From assembly GCA_964638815.1 (NCBI GenBank), contig CAZXBB010000319.1, positions 8,164 through 72,163 of the forward strand: 64,000 nucleotides of DNA. The letters are read 5' to 3'. Numbering within the stretch: position 1 is the first letter of the stretch; each line of letters begins with the position of its first letter. This DNA comes from an uncultured Isosphaeraceae bacterium (GTDB lineage Bacteria; Planctomycetota; Phycisphaerae; Phycisphaerales; SM1A02). Below, piece by piece: positions 27,151-36,082 of this stretch. Below the pieces are notes generated by a model. It made no database searches and was not told the DNA's origin. It was given only the letters and a program-made list of their open reading frames with translations. The translations under genes and the position numbers were made by a program.

Positions 27151-29835
27151 ATGCGGAGGATCGTCCCGGATTGGCTGTTCCCCGGCGAGTCGCGTCTCGG
27201 TGACGAGACGTCGCACCATGCCCGACGCGCCGCCGCGTTCTGCGTGGCGATGATCGTCTGGGTTCCGGTCTTCGCCGTCCTCTACCTGTTCCTCGGATCG
27301 TCAAAGTGCGCGATCGTCGTCGCCGCGGGGGGCGTCGTCGCCGGGATCGTGATGTGGGTGCTGCGCGTGACGCGCTCGGCGGCGCTCACCGGCAACCTCC
27401 TCGCGGGGGACGTCTTCGTCGTGCTGCTCGCCCTCGCCTCGCTCACCGGCGGGATCGGTGCGCCGGCCGCGATGTGGTTCATCACCATCCCGATCATTGC
27501 GATCATGCTCAGCGGTCTGCGCGCGGGGCTGACGTGGCTCGGGCTCTGCCTCGTGGCGGCCACGGTTTTCTACGTCCTCGAGAGCCGCGGGGTCGAGCTG
27601 CCGCAGGAGCTGGACGCGCGGGGGCTCCAGGTCCTCCGGGCGGCGGGCTTCGCCGGGCTCCTCACCTGCACGTTCGTGCTGACCGGGATCTTCTATCTCA
27701 GCGAGTCCGAGGCGCTGCGGTGGGTCGTGCGCGCGAGACGCGAGACGGAGGCCGCGAATGAGGAGCTCGAGGCCGCGAACCGCGTCGCCCAGGCCGCGAA
27801 CCGCGCGAAGAGCGAGTTCCTCGCGAACATGAGCCACGAGGTCCGCACGCCGATGAACGGCATCATCGGAATGACGGAGCTGGCGCTCGCGACCGATCTC
27901 GATCCGGCCCAGCAGGAGTACCTCGAATCGGTCAAGCAATCGGCCGACTCGCTGCTTCACATCATCAACCAGATCCTCGACTTCTCCAAGATCGAAGCAG
28001 GCAAGCTCGACCTGGAGATGACGAACTTCAACCTCCGCGATCTCGTGGACCGCACGGTCCAGTCGCTCGCCTACCGCGCGCACCGGAAGGACCTCGAGCT
28101 GACTTGCCACATCCTGCCGGAAGTGCCCGCGATGATCACGGGCGACCCCGTGCGTCTCCAGCAGGTCATCACGAACCTCGTCACGAACGCGATCAAGTTC
28201 ACCGACGCCGGCCAGGTCATCGTGCGGGTCCGACCCGAAGGCGCGGTCGATCGGCGTGTTGACCTGCACGTCTCGGTCTCGGATACGGGGATCGGCGTCC
28301 CGCCCGGGAAGCAGTCGTCGATCTTTGACGCCTTCGAGCAGGCGGACACCTCGACCACGCGGCGATACGGCGGCACCGGGCTCGGGCTCGCGATCTCGGC
28401 GCACCTGGTGGAGCTCATGCACGGACGCATGTGGCTCGATAGCGAAGTGGGGCGGGGCAGCGTCTTTCACTTCACGGCCCGTTTCGGCGTGGTCGCGCGT
28501 GGCGACGAAACGCCGGATACCGGTCTCGTCGAGCTCCAGGGCCTGCGCGTGCTCATCATCGACGACAACGCGACCAACCGGCGCGTCCTCGACGAGATGC
28601 TCACCTCGTGGGGGCTGGCCCCGACGACCGCCGCCGATGCGAACTCGGCGCTCGCGAGCATGCTGAAGCACGCGAAGGACGGAACACCCTTCGGGCTCCT
28701 GCTCGTCGACCTCCACATGCCCGACGTCGACGGCTTCACGCTCGTCGAGTGGGTTCGCGACCGGCCGGAGATCGCCGACGTGGCCGTCATCTTCGTCTCG
28801 TCGGCGCGCACGACCGGCAACATCGCGCGCGGTCGCCGGCTGAACGTCGCATCGCAGCTCACCAAGCCGGTGCGGCGGGCAGCCCTCGCCGAGGCCATCC
28901 CGGAGGCCGTGCGCGGCTCCAGCGAGGCGAAGCCGAAGGCTCGGGCCGGGCCCCGCCGCCTGCCCGAGGAGCCGATGCGCGTCCTGCTCGCGGAGGACAA
29001 CGCGGTCAACCAGCGATTCATCGTCCTCGCGCTCGAGAAGCGCGGTCACACGATGGTCGTGGCCGACAACGGGCGCGAGGCGCTCGCCGCGCTCGAGCGC
29101 GAGCCCGTCGATCTCGTCCTGATGGACGTCCAGATGCCGGTGATGGACGGCCTCGAGGCGACGGCGGCCATCCGCGCGCGGGAGCAGAGGACCGGCACGC
29201 ACCTGCCGATCATCGCGCTCACTGCGCACGCGATGAAGGGTGACCGCGAGCGCTGTCTCGCGGCGGGAATGGACGACTTCGTATCGAAGCCGATCGACAT
29301 GCCCGCGTTGCTCGCGGCGATGCACAACGCGGTGATGATGGGGGCGGGCGACGCCGGCGCGGGCGGAAGCGCGACCGCGACCGCGAGCGAGACCGCGAGC
29401 GAGACCGAGACCGCGACCGAGACCGAGACCGCGACCGAGACCGCGACCGCGACCGAGACCGCGAGCGAGACCGAATCCGGGTCGCCATCCGTGCGCCCGT
29501 TCACCGCGGCCGATCTCGTCGCGCGCTGCGAAGGCGACACGGACCTCGCGCGGTCGCTCGCCGGGGTCTTTCTCGACGACGACGGTCCGCGCATCCTAGC
29601 GGAGATCGAGAACGCGGTCCTGGCCCGCGACCGGGAGGAGATCCGCCGCTCCGCCCACGCGCTGAAGGGCGCAGTCGGCGAGATGGGCGCGCAGGCGGCG
29701 TTCGAGGCGAGCCGGGCGCTCGAGGAGGTCGGGCTGAACGGCGATCTCGCCGAAGTCGACGCGCGGCACGCGGAAGTCAACCGCGAGGTGGACGCGGTCG
29801 TCGAGGCACTCTCCGAGTTGCTGGCACGCGGTTGA
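27151..29835 (+). CDS. hybrid sensor histidine kinase (multi-TM sensor - HisKA - HATPase_c - REC - REC - Hpt)
   Basis: About 5-6 N-terminal TM segments. H-box [19 protein letters not shown]; G-boxes ...DTGIGV...[10 protein letters not shown]. Two receiver domains ([11 protein letters not shown] and [11 protein letters not shown]). C-terminal Hpt, ...[16 protein letters not shown]. Confidence 0.9.
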   Translation: MRRIVPDWLFPGESRLGDETSHHARRAAAFCVAMIVWVPVFAVLYLFLGSSKCAIVVAAGGVVAGIVMWVLRVTRSAALTGNLLAGDVFVVLLALASLTGGIGAPAAMWFITIPIIAIMLSGLRAGLTWLGLCLVAATVFYVLESRGVELPQELDARGLQVLRAAGFAGLLTCTFVLTGIFYLSESEALRWVVRARRETEAANEELEAANRVAQAANRAKSEFLANMSHEVRTPMNGIIGMTELALATDLDPAQQEYLESVKQSADSLLHIINQILDFSKIEAGKLDLEMTNFNLRDLVDRTVQSLAYRAHRKDLELTCHILPEVPAMITGDPVRLQQVITNLVTNAIKFTDAGQVIVRVRPEGAVDRRVDLHVSVSDTGIGVPPGKQSSIFDAFEQADTSTTRRYGGTGLGLAISAHLVELMHGRMWLDSEVGRGSVFHFTARFGVVARGDETPDTGLVELQGLRVLIIDDNATNRRVLDEMLTSWGLAPTTAADANSALASMLKHAKDGTPFGLLLVDLHMPDVDGFTLVEWVRDRPEIADVAVIFVSSARTTGNIARGRRLNVASQLTKPVRRAALAEAIPEAVRGSSEAKPKARAGPRRLPEEPMRVLLAEDNAVNQRFIVLALEKRGHTMVVADNGREALAALEREPVDLVLMDVQMPVMDGLEATAAIRAREQRTGTHLPIIALTAHAMKGDRERCLAAGMDDFVSKPIDMPALLAAMHNAVMMGAGDAGAGGSATATASETASETETATETETATETATATETASETESGSPSVRPFTAADLVARCEGDTDLARSLAGVFLDDDGPRILAEIENAVLARDREEIRRSAHALKGAVGEMGAQAAFEASRALEEVGLNGDLAEVDARHAEVNREVDAVVEALSELLARG
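29371..29478 (+). repeat. in-frame hexamer repeat (gcgacc/gagacc x18) encoding a (T/S/A-E/A) linker between REC2 and Hpt
   Basis: Encodes [36 protein letters not shown]. Confidence 0.9.
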
Positions 29836-29925
29836 CGCCGCTTCCGCGGCCGTCGCCCCCGTTCGGAGCGCCGGCGTCCGCGTCGTGTTAGACTCTCGAC
29901 CGGCTCCTGCGGATCCTCCAAGGCC

Positions 29926-31269
29926 ATGGCCGAAACCCAGTCATCCCGGCGCCGCGTCCTGGTCGCGGAAGACGTCAAGGTCATCTCCCGCGCGATCCGG
30001 AACGCGCTCGACCAGCGCGGCTACGCTACGGCCGTCGCCGGCGACGGCGAAGAATGTCTCGAGAAGGTCGAGGCGTTCGACCCGGAGCTGATCATCCTCG
30101 ACCTCATGATGCCGAAGATCCACGGCATCGACGTCCTGAAGCAGCTCAAGTCATGCGACGCGACGAGCGGCATCGGAGTGATCGTCTGCACGTCGAAGGA
30201 CTTCAAGACCGAGCTCTCGACCCTCCACGACCTCGGCGTCGATGACATCATCGTGAAGCCGTTCGAGCGGGACGACCTGCTCGTGAAGGTCGAGCGTTAC
30301 TTCGCCGGCAACGGCCGGCTGGACACGGGCGCTGCGTACCTTCGGTCGAACCTTCCGCTGAGCGGCCCGGTGTTCGATCACGAGTTCGACACGGCCCTCG
30401 CCCGCTACTACCTGTGGGGGACGCGCGGGTCGATTCCCGTGACCGAGCCGCAGTACATCCGGCATGGCGGCAACACGTCGTGCATGGACCTGACGGTCGG
30501 CGACGAGTACATCATCTTCGACGCCGGCTCGGGCATCCGGAACCTCGGGCAGGTGCTGCTCGCGCACGGACCGCGCCGGGTGCACCTCTTCATCACGCAC
30601 ACGCACTGGGATCACATCCAGGGCTTCCCGTTCTTCGCGCCCGCGTTCGCACCCGGGTTCGAGATCACGATCTACGGAGAGCGCGGCTTCGGAAAGGATC
30701 TCGAGAGTCTGTTCCGCGGGCAGCTCGACCGCGACTACTTCCCGGTGCAGATGGAGGACATGCGGGCCAAGCTCGACTTCCGCTACCTGGGAAGCGAGCC
30801 GATCCGGATCGGCGACGCGACGGTGTCGTGGACGTTCACGCAGCACCCCGGCGCGACCGTGGGATACCTCGTCGAGGCGGACGGCAAGCGTCTCGCATAC
30901 GTCCCCGACAACGAGTTCCTGAAGGGCTACACCGGCTCGCCGTTCGACGTCAAGCGGGACAGCGAGCTCACGGGGATCTACGGGCCCCTCGTCGATTTCC
31001 TCCAGGGGGTCGACGTGCTGCTGCACGAGGCGCAGTACACCGCGAAGGAGTACCTCACGAAGGTCGGCTGGGGTCACTGCTCCGTGCCGAACGCCTGCGC
31101 CCTCGCGAAGCTCACCCGACCCAGACGCTGGATCGTGATCCATCACGAGCCGTCCCACCCGGACAACTTCCTCCAGGTGAAGATGAACATGACCCGGCAG
31201 CTCCTCGATCGGCTCGAGTGCGATTGCGAGCTGCTGCACGGTTACGACGGGATGTTCGCGAATCTTTAA
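29926..31269 (+). CDS. response regulator: receiver domain fused to a metallo-beta-lactamase-fold hydrolase
   Basis: REC: RVLVAEDVKVISR...ELIILDLMMPKIHG...KPF. MBL: ...IIFDAGSG...LFITHTHWDHIQGFPFF (HxHxDH at 30598-30615), later ...LLHEAQY...GWGHCS. Confidence 0.85.
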   Translation: MAETQSSRRRVLVAEDVKVISRAIRNALDQRGYATAVAGDGEECLEKVEAFDPELIILDLMMPKIHGIDVLKQLKSCDATSGIGVIVCTSKDFKTELSTLHDLGVDDIIVKPFERDDLLVKVERYFAGNGRLDTGAAYLRSNLPLSGPVFDHEFDTALARYYLWGTRGSIPVTEPQYIRHGGNTSCMDLTVGDEYIIFDAGSGIRNLGQVLLAHGPRRVHLFITHTHWDHIQGFPFFAPAFAPGFEITIYGERGFGKDLESLFRGQLDRDYFPVQMEDMRAKLDFRYLGSEPIRIGDATVSWTFTQHPGATVGYLVEADGKRLAYVPDNEFLKGYTGSPFDVKRDSELTGIYGPLVDFLQGVDVLLHEAQYTAKEYLTKVGWGHCSVPNACALAKLTRPRRWIVIHHEPSHPDNFLQVKMNMTRQLLDRLECDCELLHGYDGMFANL

Positions 31270-31317
31270 GGCGCGCTCGGCGGCGGATCGCCTGAGTCGG
31301 CCCTTCGGGCGCCGCGG

Positions 31318-32142
31318 CTATTCCCGCGCCCGGCGCCGCGCGATGATGCGTGTCGCGTCGACTCGCCAGCGGTCACCGACGCGCACCACCTCGAACGGCG
31401 CGAGGGGGGAGCCGGCGACGGTCGCGAGCACGATGCGGCGGTCGCCCTCCACGTAGGGCTCCGTCACGCGGACGCGCGTGCCGTCGATCTCGATGACCTC
31501 GTCGACGCGTGCCGGCCGGATGATGCGCCGATCGAGCTGGCTCCGGGCGGCGGGCGGGAGGACATCGAGGGCCTCGCCCGTCCACAGCAGCTCCGCGTCG
31601 TCGGCCGGCAGGATCACGCGCTGAATCTCGTCCGCGTCGCGGCGGAACATCGCGTAGATCAGGTCGCGCACGGCGATCTCGGGCGTGCTCGCGCCCCCTT
31701 CGGGCAGCGGGCCGCGCGACCGGTCGCCCACGATGACGCTCACGTCGTCGAGGTACCGACGCACCTCCTCCTCGGCGTGACGCGGAAAGCCGGTGCCGCG
31801 GCTGATGATCGATACGGTCGGCGGGTTCGTCTCCTCGAGCAGGACCTGAAAGCGGAACGCCCGGCGATCGACGAACGGGTTCACCTTCTCGAGGTCGCTG
31901 TGACGGACAACCTCGCGGTAGATCTCGATGCGACGCTCGTCCGGCCGCGTATACGCGCGGTTCTCCTTCACGATCCACGGGTCGTCGTCGGCGCCGTAGT
32001 CGGGGGTGTCGGCCACGGCGACCATGGCGGTCCAGACGACACCCGCATCGTGATCCGGGAAGACGCGCGTCCCCGACGTGCAGCCCGTACAGGCGACGGC
32101 GAGCAGCAGCGGAACGAGGTGGGCTCGGAATCTGTGGGTCAT
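31318..32142 (-). CDS. hypothetical lipoprotein
   Basis: MTHRFRAHLVPLLLAVACTGCTSG (lipobox); coding-like composition; no family recognised. Confidence 0.65.
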   Translation of the reverse strand: MTHRFRAHLVPLLLAVACTGCTSGTRVFPDHDAGVVWTAMVAVADTPDYGADDDPWIVKENRAYTRPDERRIEIYREVVRHSDLEKVNPFVDRRAFRFQVLLEETNPPTVSIISRGTGFPRHAEEEVRRYLDDVSVIVGDRSRGPLPEGGASTPEIAVRDLIYAMFRRDADEIQRVILPADDAELLWTGEALDVLPPAARSQLDRRIIRPARVDEVIEIDGTRVRVTEPYVEGDRRIVLATVAGSPLAPFEVVRVGDRWRVDATRIIARRRARE

Positions 32143-32198
32143 GGACGGATCCTATTGTCGGCGAGCCGGGACGGAGGGCAACAATCGCGACGGGGGGG

Positions 32199-32204
32199 TA
32201 CACT
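32199..32204 (+). promoter_or_regulatory. candidate -10 (TACACT), 9 nt upstream of the pheS ATG (leaderless-type)
   Basis: gggTACACTctaccgggcATG, with no SD. The spacing is the same as at lysS and the YhaM-like gene. Confidence 0.35.
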
Positions 32205-32213
32205 CTACCGGGC

Positions 32214-33221
32214 ATGCTCGAACAGCTCGACGAGCTCGAAACGTCCGCTCTCCAGGAGCTTAAGGCCGCCGACACCCGCGAGGCGGTCGAGGCGTGGCGC
32301 ATCAGCTACCTCGGCACCAAGGGCCGGTTGCGGGCCGTCATGCCCATGCTCAAGGAGGTCTCCCGGGAGGACAAGCCCGCGGTCGGGAAGCGTCTCAACG
32401 ACGTGAAGACCAAGCTCGAGTCCGCCTTCGCCGCCCGCAGGACCGCCGTCGACAACGGGGCCGGGGCGGGGGCCGGGGCCGGGGGGGCGGCGGGGCCGCC
32501 GATCGACGTCACCGAACCGGGAATGACGTGCGGGCTCGGCCGCCGTCATGTGATCAGCCGCACGATCGATGAGGTCATCGAGGTTCTCGCGCGCATGGGG
32601 TTCACCGTCGCCTACGGGCCCGAGGTCGAGGACGAGTGGCACAACTTCAACGCGCTCAACATCCCCGCTTCGCACCCGGCGCGCGACCCCATCGACAACT
32701 TCTATCTGAAGCACGGGCTGCTGCTGCGTTCCCAGACCTCGCCTGTGCAGATCCGAACGATGGAGAAGACGCCGCCGCCCCTCAAGATCATCGCGATCGG
32801 ACGCGTCTATCGCCCCGACACGCACGACGCGACGCACCACAGCATGTTCTACCAGGTCGAGGGTCTGCACGTCGATCGCAACGTGACGATGGTGGATCTG
32901 AAGACGGCGCTGTTCCGGTTCGCCCGGGCGTACCTCGGCCCGGAGGCCGACGTCCGGATCCGCCCGAGCTTCTTCCCGTTCACCGAGCCCTCGGCCGAGG
33001 TGGACATGAAGATGAAGGTGAAGGGGCGCATGCAGTGGGTCGAGATGGGCGGCTGCGGCATGGTCGATCCCAACGTGTTCGAGGCCGTGGGCTACGACCC
33101 CGAGGTCTGGACGGGCTACGCCTTCGGTCTCGGGATCGAGCGCATCGCGATGTGCAAGTACGGGATCGCGGACATTCGATGGCTGTATGAGAACGACGCC
33201 CGTTTCCTGAGGCAGTTCTAG
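32214..33221 (+). CDS. pheS: phenylalanyl-tRNA synthetase alpha subunit (with a Gly/Ala-repeat insertion)
   Basis: Class II motifs ...HPARDPIDNFYL...LLRSQTSPVQIRTM..., ...GRVYRPD.HDATHHSMFYQVEG..., ...FPFTEPSAEVD...GCGMVDPNV. pheT does not follow. Confidence 0.95.
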   Translation: MLEQLDELETSALQELKAADTREAVEAWRISYLGTKGRLRAVMPMLKEVSREDKPAVGKRLNDVKTKLESAFAARRTAVDNGAGAGAGAGGAAGPPIDVTEPGMTCGLGRRHVISRTIDEVIEVLARMGFTVAYGPEVEDEWHNFNALNIPASHPARDPIDNFYLKHGLLLRSQTSPVQIRTMEKTPPPLKIIAIGRVYRPDTHDATHHSMFYQVEGLHVDRNVTMVDLKTALFRFARAYLGPEADVRIRPSFFPFTEPSAEVDMKMKVKGRMQWVEMGGCGMVDPNVFEAVGYDPEVWTGYAFGLGIERIAMCKYGIADIRWLYENDARFLRQF

Positions 33222-33375
33222 CCTCGAGGCGGCACGACCGGGCGTCGCGTGTCCGTCCGGATCGGCCTCAGGTCAACAGAGTTGCGGCCGGTCCCCAATG
33301 ACCCCGATGACTCAGTCGGGCGCAAGCGGGCCCCGACAGGACTCAGGACTCAACCCCCAGGAACGAGGCTCCACC

Positions 33376-33987
33376 ATGTCGTCCGAGCTTGCCCCCGAAT
33401 CCCCCGCGACGATCCCGACCGGAATCCTCGAGCCGCCCGACACGGGCTGGCCCAGGGTCATCGGCATCATCTCGATCATCTACGCGATCTGCGGCCTGGG
33501 GTGCCAGGTCCTCGGCCTCGCGTCCATCTTCCTCACCGAGTGGCTCATGTCGCTCGGCGGGATGGACGTCGAGATGCCGGCGATGGTCAAGATCACGACG
33601 GGAGCCACGGCCGTCGTCATGACCGGCGTCGGCTTCCTCATGCTCGCCGGCGGCATCGCGCTCGTGCGGCGTCGCCGGACCGGCGTGTCCCGGCTCCGCC
33701 TGTGGGCGATCCTCCGCATGGTGCTGATCGCCGTCGGCGTCGTGGTCGGGCTGATGACGGCGCCGGCCCAGCTCCAGTTCCAGGAGCAGGCCCTGGAGGC
33801 GACGAACCAGATGCTCCGCGAGAAGGGGCAGACGGCCGGTATCCGGGAGTTCGACGAGGACGCGGCGTGGACGCAGCAGATGATCATGGTCGGCGTCCTG
33901 TCGGCCGCGTTCTCGGCCTACCCGCTCTTCCTCGGCTTCTTCCTCTCGAGGCGGAAGATCACGGACGAGGTCGCGACCTGGGATTGA
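33376..33987 (+). CDS. 4-TM membrane protein, paralog A
   Basis: Track ORF 33298..33987. ATG 33376 is preferred because aggaacgagg lies upstream. TM segments include WPRVIGIISIIYAICGLG...; the C-terminus reads ...FLSRRKITDEVATWD. Confidence 0.6.
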   Translation: MSSELAPESPATIPTGILEPPDTGWPRVIGIISIIYAICGLGCQVLGLASIFLTEWLMSLGGMDVEMPAMVKITTGATAVVMTGVGFLMLAGGIALVRRRRTGVSRLRLWAILRMVLIAVGVVVGLMTAPAQLQFQEQALEATNQMLREKGQTAGIREFDEDAAWTQQMIMVGVLSAAFSAYPLFLGFFLSRRKITDEVATWD

Positions 33988-33993
33988 GAGACC

Positions 33994-34044
33994 GGCCGGG
34001 GGGGGCCGGGGGCCGGGGGCCGGGGGGGCCGGTGGGCCGGGCGG
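33994..34044 (+). repeat. G-tract repeat (ccggggg-like units; G runs of 8, 5, 5, 7, 3 and 3) between the two paralogs
   Basis: ggccggggggggccgggggccgggggccgggggggccggtgggccgggcgg. A related tract at 32457-32500 inside pheS encodes GAGAGAGAGG. Confidence 0.9.
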
Positions 34045-34094
34045 AATCAGGATCCGCCGACCTTTCGCCGATAACTGCGGGAAGGAGTCTCGTC

Positions 34095-34766
34095 ATGACC
34101 GCCGCCCCCACCGAGCCGGCCGCGCTCGCCACGCCCGCTGTCCAGTCCACGTGGCCGATCGTGATCGGCATCATCGCGATCGTGTTCGCCTCGCTCGCGA
34201 TCTTCCAGAACGGGATCTGCGCGCCGATCGGTCTCCTGATGACCGGCGTGTTCTCCTCGATGATGGAGGACATGTCCGGCCCGACGCAGGGCGCGATGGA
34301 GGCGCAGGTCGCGCAGATGGACGCGATCAAGGCGTACGTCCCGCATTCGCTCGCCGTGTCCCTCGCGATGACCGCGGCCGGCATCGTTCTGCTCGTGGGC
34401 GGCGTGCAGCTCGTCAAGCGCCGGTACAGGTCGCGCACCACGATCACGGCCTGGGCCGTGCTGAAGATGGTGCTCGCGTTGCCCGCGGCGTACGTGAGCT
34501 ACCTCAGCAGCCAGGCGCAGTTCGCGGCGATGGCGAAGGCCGCGGCCGACGATCCGGGCGGGGTGGGACAGGCGCCGCCGGGGTTCTTCAGCCTGTTGGA
34601 GGGTCTCGGCGTGGTCGGGGCGGTGATCACGCTTCTGTGGTACTGGGCGCTGCCGGTCTTCATGCTGATCTGGTTCGCGCGGCGGCCGATCCAAGACGAG
34701 GTCCGCACGTGGGGTGCGGCCGCGACCGGGGCTTCGCACCCGCAGGCCGGCCGTTTCCAGCCATGA
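34095..34766 (+). CDS. 4-TM membrane protein, paralog B
   Basis: The internal ATG of track ORF 33249..34766 follows gaaggag. It shares WP-VIGII-I, L-GG--LV-RR, WA-L-MVL and F-RR-I-DEV-TW blocks with paralog A. Its TGA overlaps the tyrS ATG (ATGA). Confidence 0.65.
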   Translation: MTAAPTEPAALATPAVQSTWPIVIGIIAIVFASLAIFQNGICAPIGLLMTGVFSSMMEDMSGPTQGAMEAQVAQMDAIKAYVPHSLAVSLAMTAAGIVLLVGGVQLVKRRYRSRTTITAWAVLKMVLALPAAYVSYLSSQAQFAAMAKAAADDPGGVGQAPPGFFSLLEGLGVVGAVITLLWYWALPVFMLIWFARRPIQDEVRTWGAAATGASHPQAGRFQP

Positions 34767-36064
34767 CGGACTTCATCGAGGAACTGCGGAGCCACGGGCA
34801 GCTCCACCAGACGACGGCGCCGGCCGAGATCGCGACGCACCTCGCCGCCGGCGGGCGCGTCGGCTACTGCGGCTTCGACCCGAGCGCCGACAGCCTCACG
34901 ATCGGGAACTACATCCCGATCAAGGTGCTGATGCACTGGCAGCAGGCCGGGCACCGGCCGATCGTCGTGATCGGCGGGGGCACCGGCATGATCGGCGACC
35001 CGTCGGGCAAGGACGCCGAGCGTCAGCTCCTCACGCGCGAGCAGGTCGAGGCCAATGTCGCGCGGTATCGCCCGATCTTCGAGCGCCTGCTCGATTTCGA
35101 TCCCGCGAACCCGAACGCGGCCGTCATCGTCAACAACATCGACTGGCTCGGCAACCTCGGCTACCTCGAGGTGCTGCGCGACGTCGGCAAGCACTTTTCG
35201 GTCAACCAGATGATCCAGCGCGACTCGGTGCGCGATCGTCTGCACGGCCGCGAGCAGGGCATCAGCTACACCGAGTTCAGCTACATGCTGCTCCAGGCAT
35301 ACGACTTCCTGCACCTGAAGCGCACGATGGACTGCACCGTCCAGATGGCCGGCTCCGACCAGTTCGGCAACATCGTCTCCGGCATCGATCTCATCCGGCG
35401 CGAGTGCGGCCAGGACGAGTCCGGCGCGCCCCTCGCGTTCGGTGTGACGGTGCCGCTCGTGACGCGCGCCGACGGCGGCAAGATCGGCAAGACCGAGCGC
35501 GGCGCCGTATGGCTCAACGCGGATCGCACGAGCCCCTACCAGTTCTATCAGTACTGGATCAACGTCGACGACCGCGACGTCGAGCGCTTCCTGAAGTGGT
35601 TCACGCTGCTGCCCGTCGAGGAGATCGCGAGCATCGCGCGGGCGCACGCGGCGGCGCCGCACGAGCGCAGCGGTCAGCGCACGCTGGCGGAGTACATGAC
35701 GGACCTGCTCCACGGCGAAGATGAGCGCCGGCGGGCCGCCGCGGCCTCCGAGGCGCTCTTCACGGGTCGGCTCGCGGAGCTCGACGCCGAAATGCTCACG
35801 GAGGTGTGCGCCGACGTGCCCAGCTCGGACCACGCCGCGTCGCAGCTCGACGGCGACGGCCTGCTCCTCGTCGAGCTGCTGCCACAGACGACGCTGGCGA
35901 CCTCGAAACGCGAGGCGCGCGAGTTCCTCTCGAGCGGCGCGGTGTCGATCAACGGGCGGAAGGTCGGGGCGGACCACGCGATCACGCGATCGGACCTGCT
36001 GCACGGTACGACCGTGCTGCTTCGCCGCGGCAAGAAGAAGTGGCACGCGACGCGGTGGGGGTGA
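34763..36064 (+). CDS. tyrS: tyrosyl-tRNA synthetase (with C-terminal S4 domain)
   Basis: GFDPSADSL..., GGGTGMIGDPSGKDAERQLL, ISYTEFSYMLLQAYDF, MAGSDQFGNI, KIGKTE (KMSKS-like), TSPYQFYQYW and an S4-like C-terminus. The HIGH position reads TIGN. Confidence 0.9.
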   Translation: MTDFIEELRSHGQLHQTTAPAEIATHLAAGGRVGYCGFDPSADSLTIGNYIPIKVLMHWQQAGHRPIVVIGGGTGMIGDPSGKDAERQLLTREQVEANVARYRPIFERLLDFDPANPNAAVIVNNIDWLGNLGYLEVLRDVGKHFSVNQMIQRDSVRDRLHGREQGISYTEFSYMLLQAYDFLHLKRTMDCTVQMAGSDQFGNIVSGIDLIRRECGQDESGAPLAFGVTVPLVTRADGGKIGKTERGAVWLNADRTSPYQFYQYWINVDDRDVERFLKWFTLLPVEEIASIARAHAAAPHERSGQRTLAEYMTDLLHGEDERRRAAAASEALFTGRLAELDAEMLTEVCADVPSSDHAASQLDGDGLLLVELLPQTTLATSKREAREFLSSGAVSINGRKVGADHAITRSDLLHGTTVLLRRGKKKWHATRWG

Positions 36065-36082
36065 GGGGGACCGGTTTCCCGG

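Noticed and set aside
34067-34074. GCCGATAA, identical to the sigma-28 (FliA) -10 consensus, upstream of membrane paralog B. A weaker CCGATAA lies at 39914-39920.
   Set aside because: No TAAA-like -35 element sits at the required ~15-nt spacing (the sequence there is ggaatcagg), and the downstream genes have no obvious flagellar role. A single 8-mer match could be chance.
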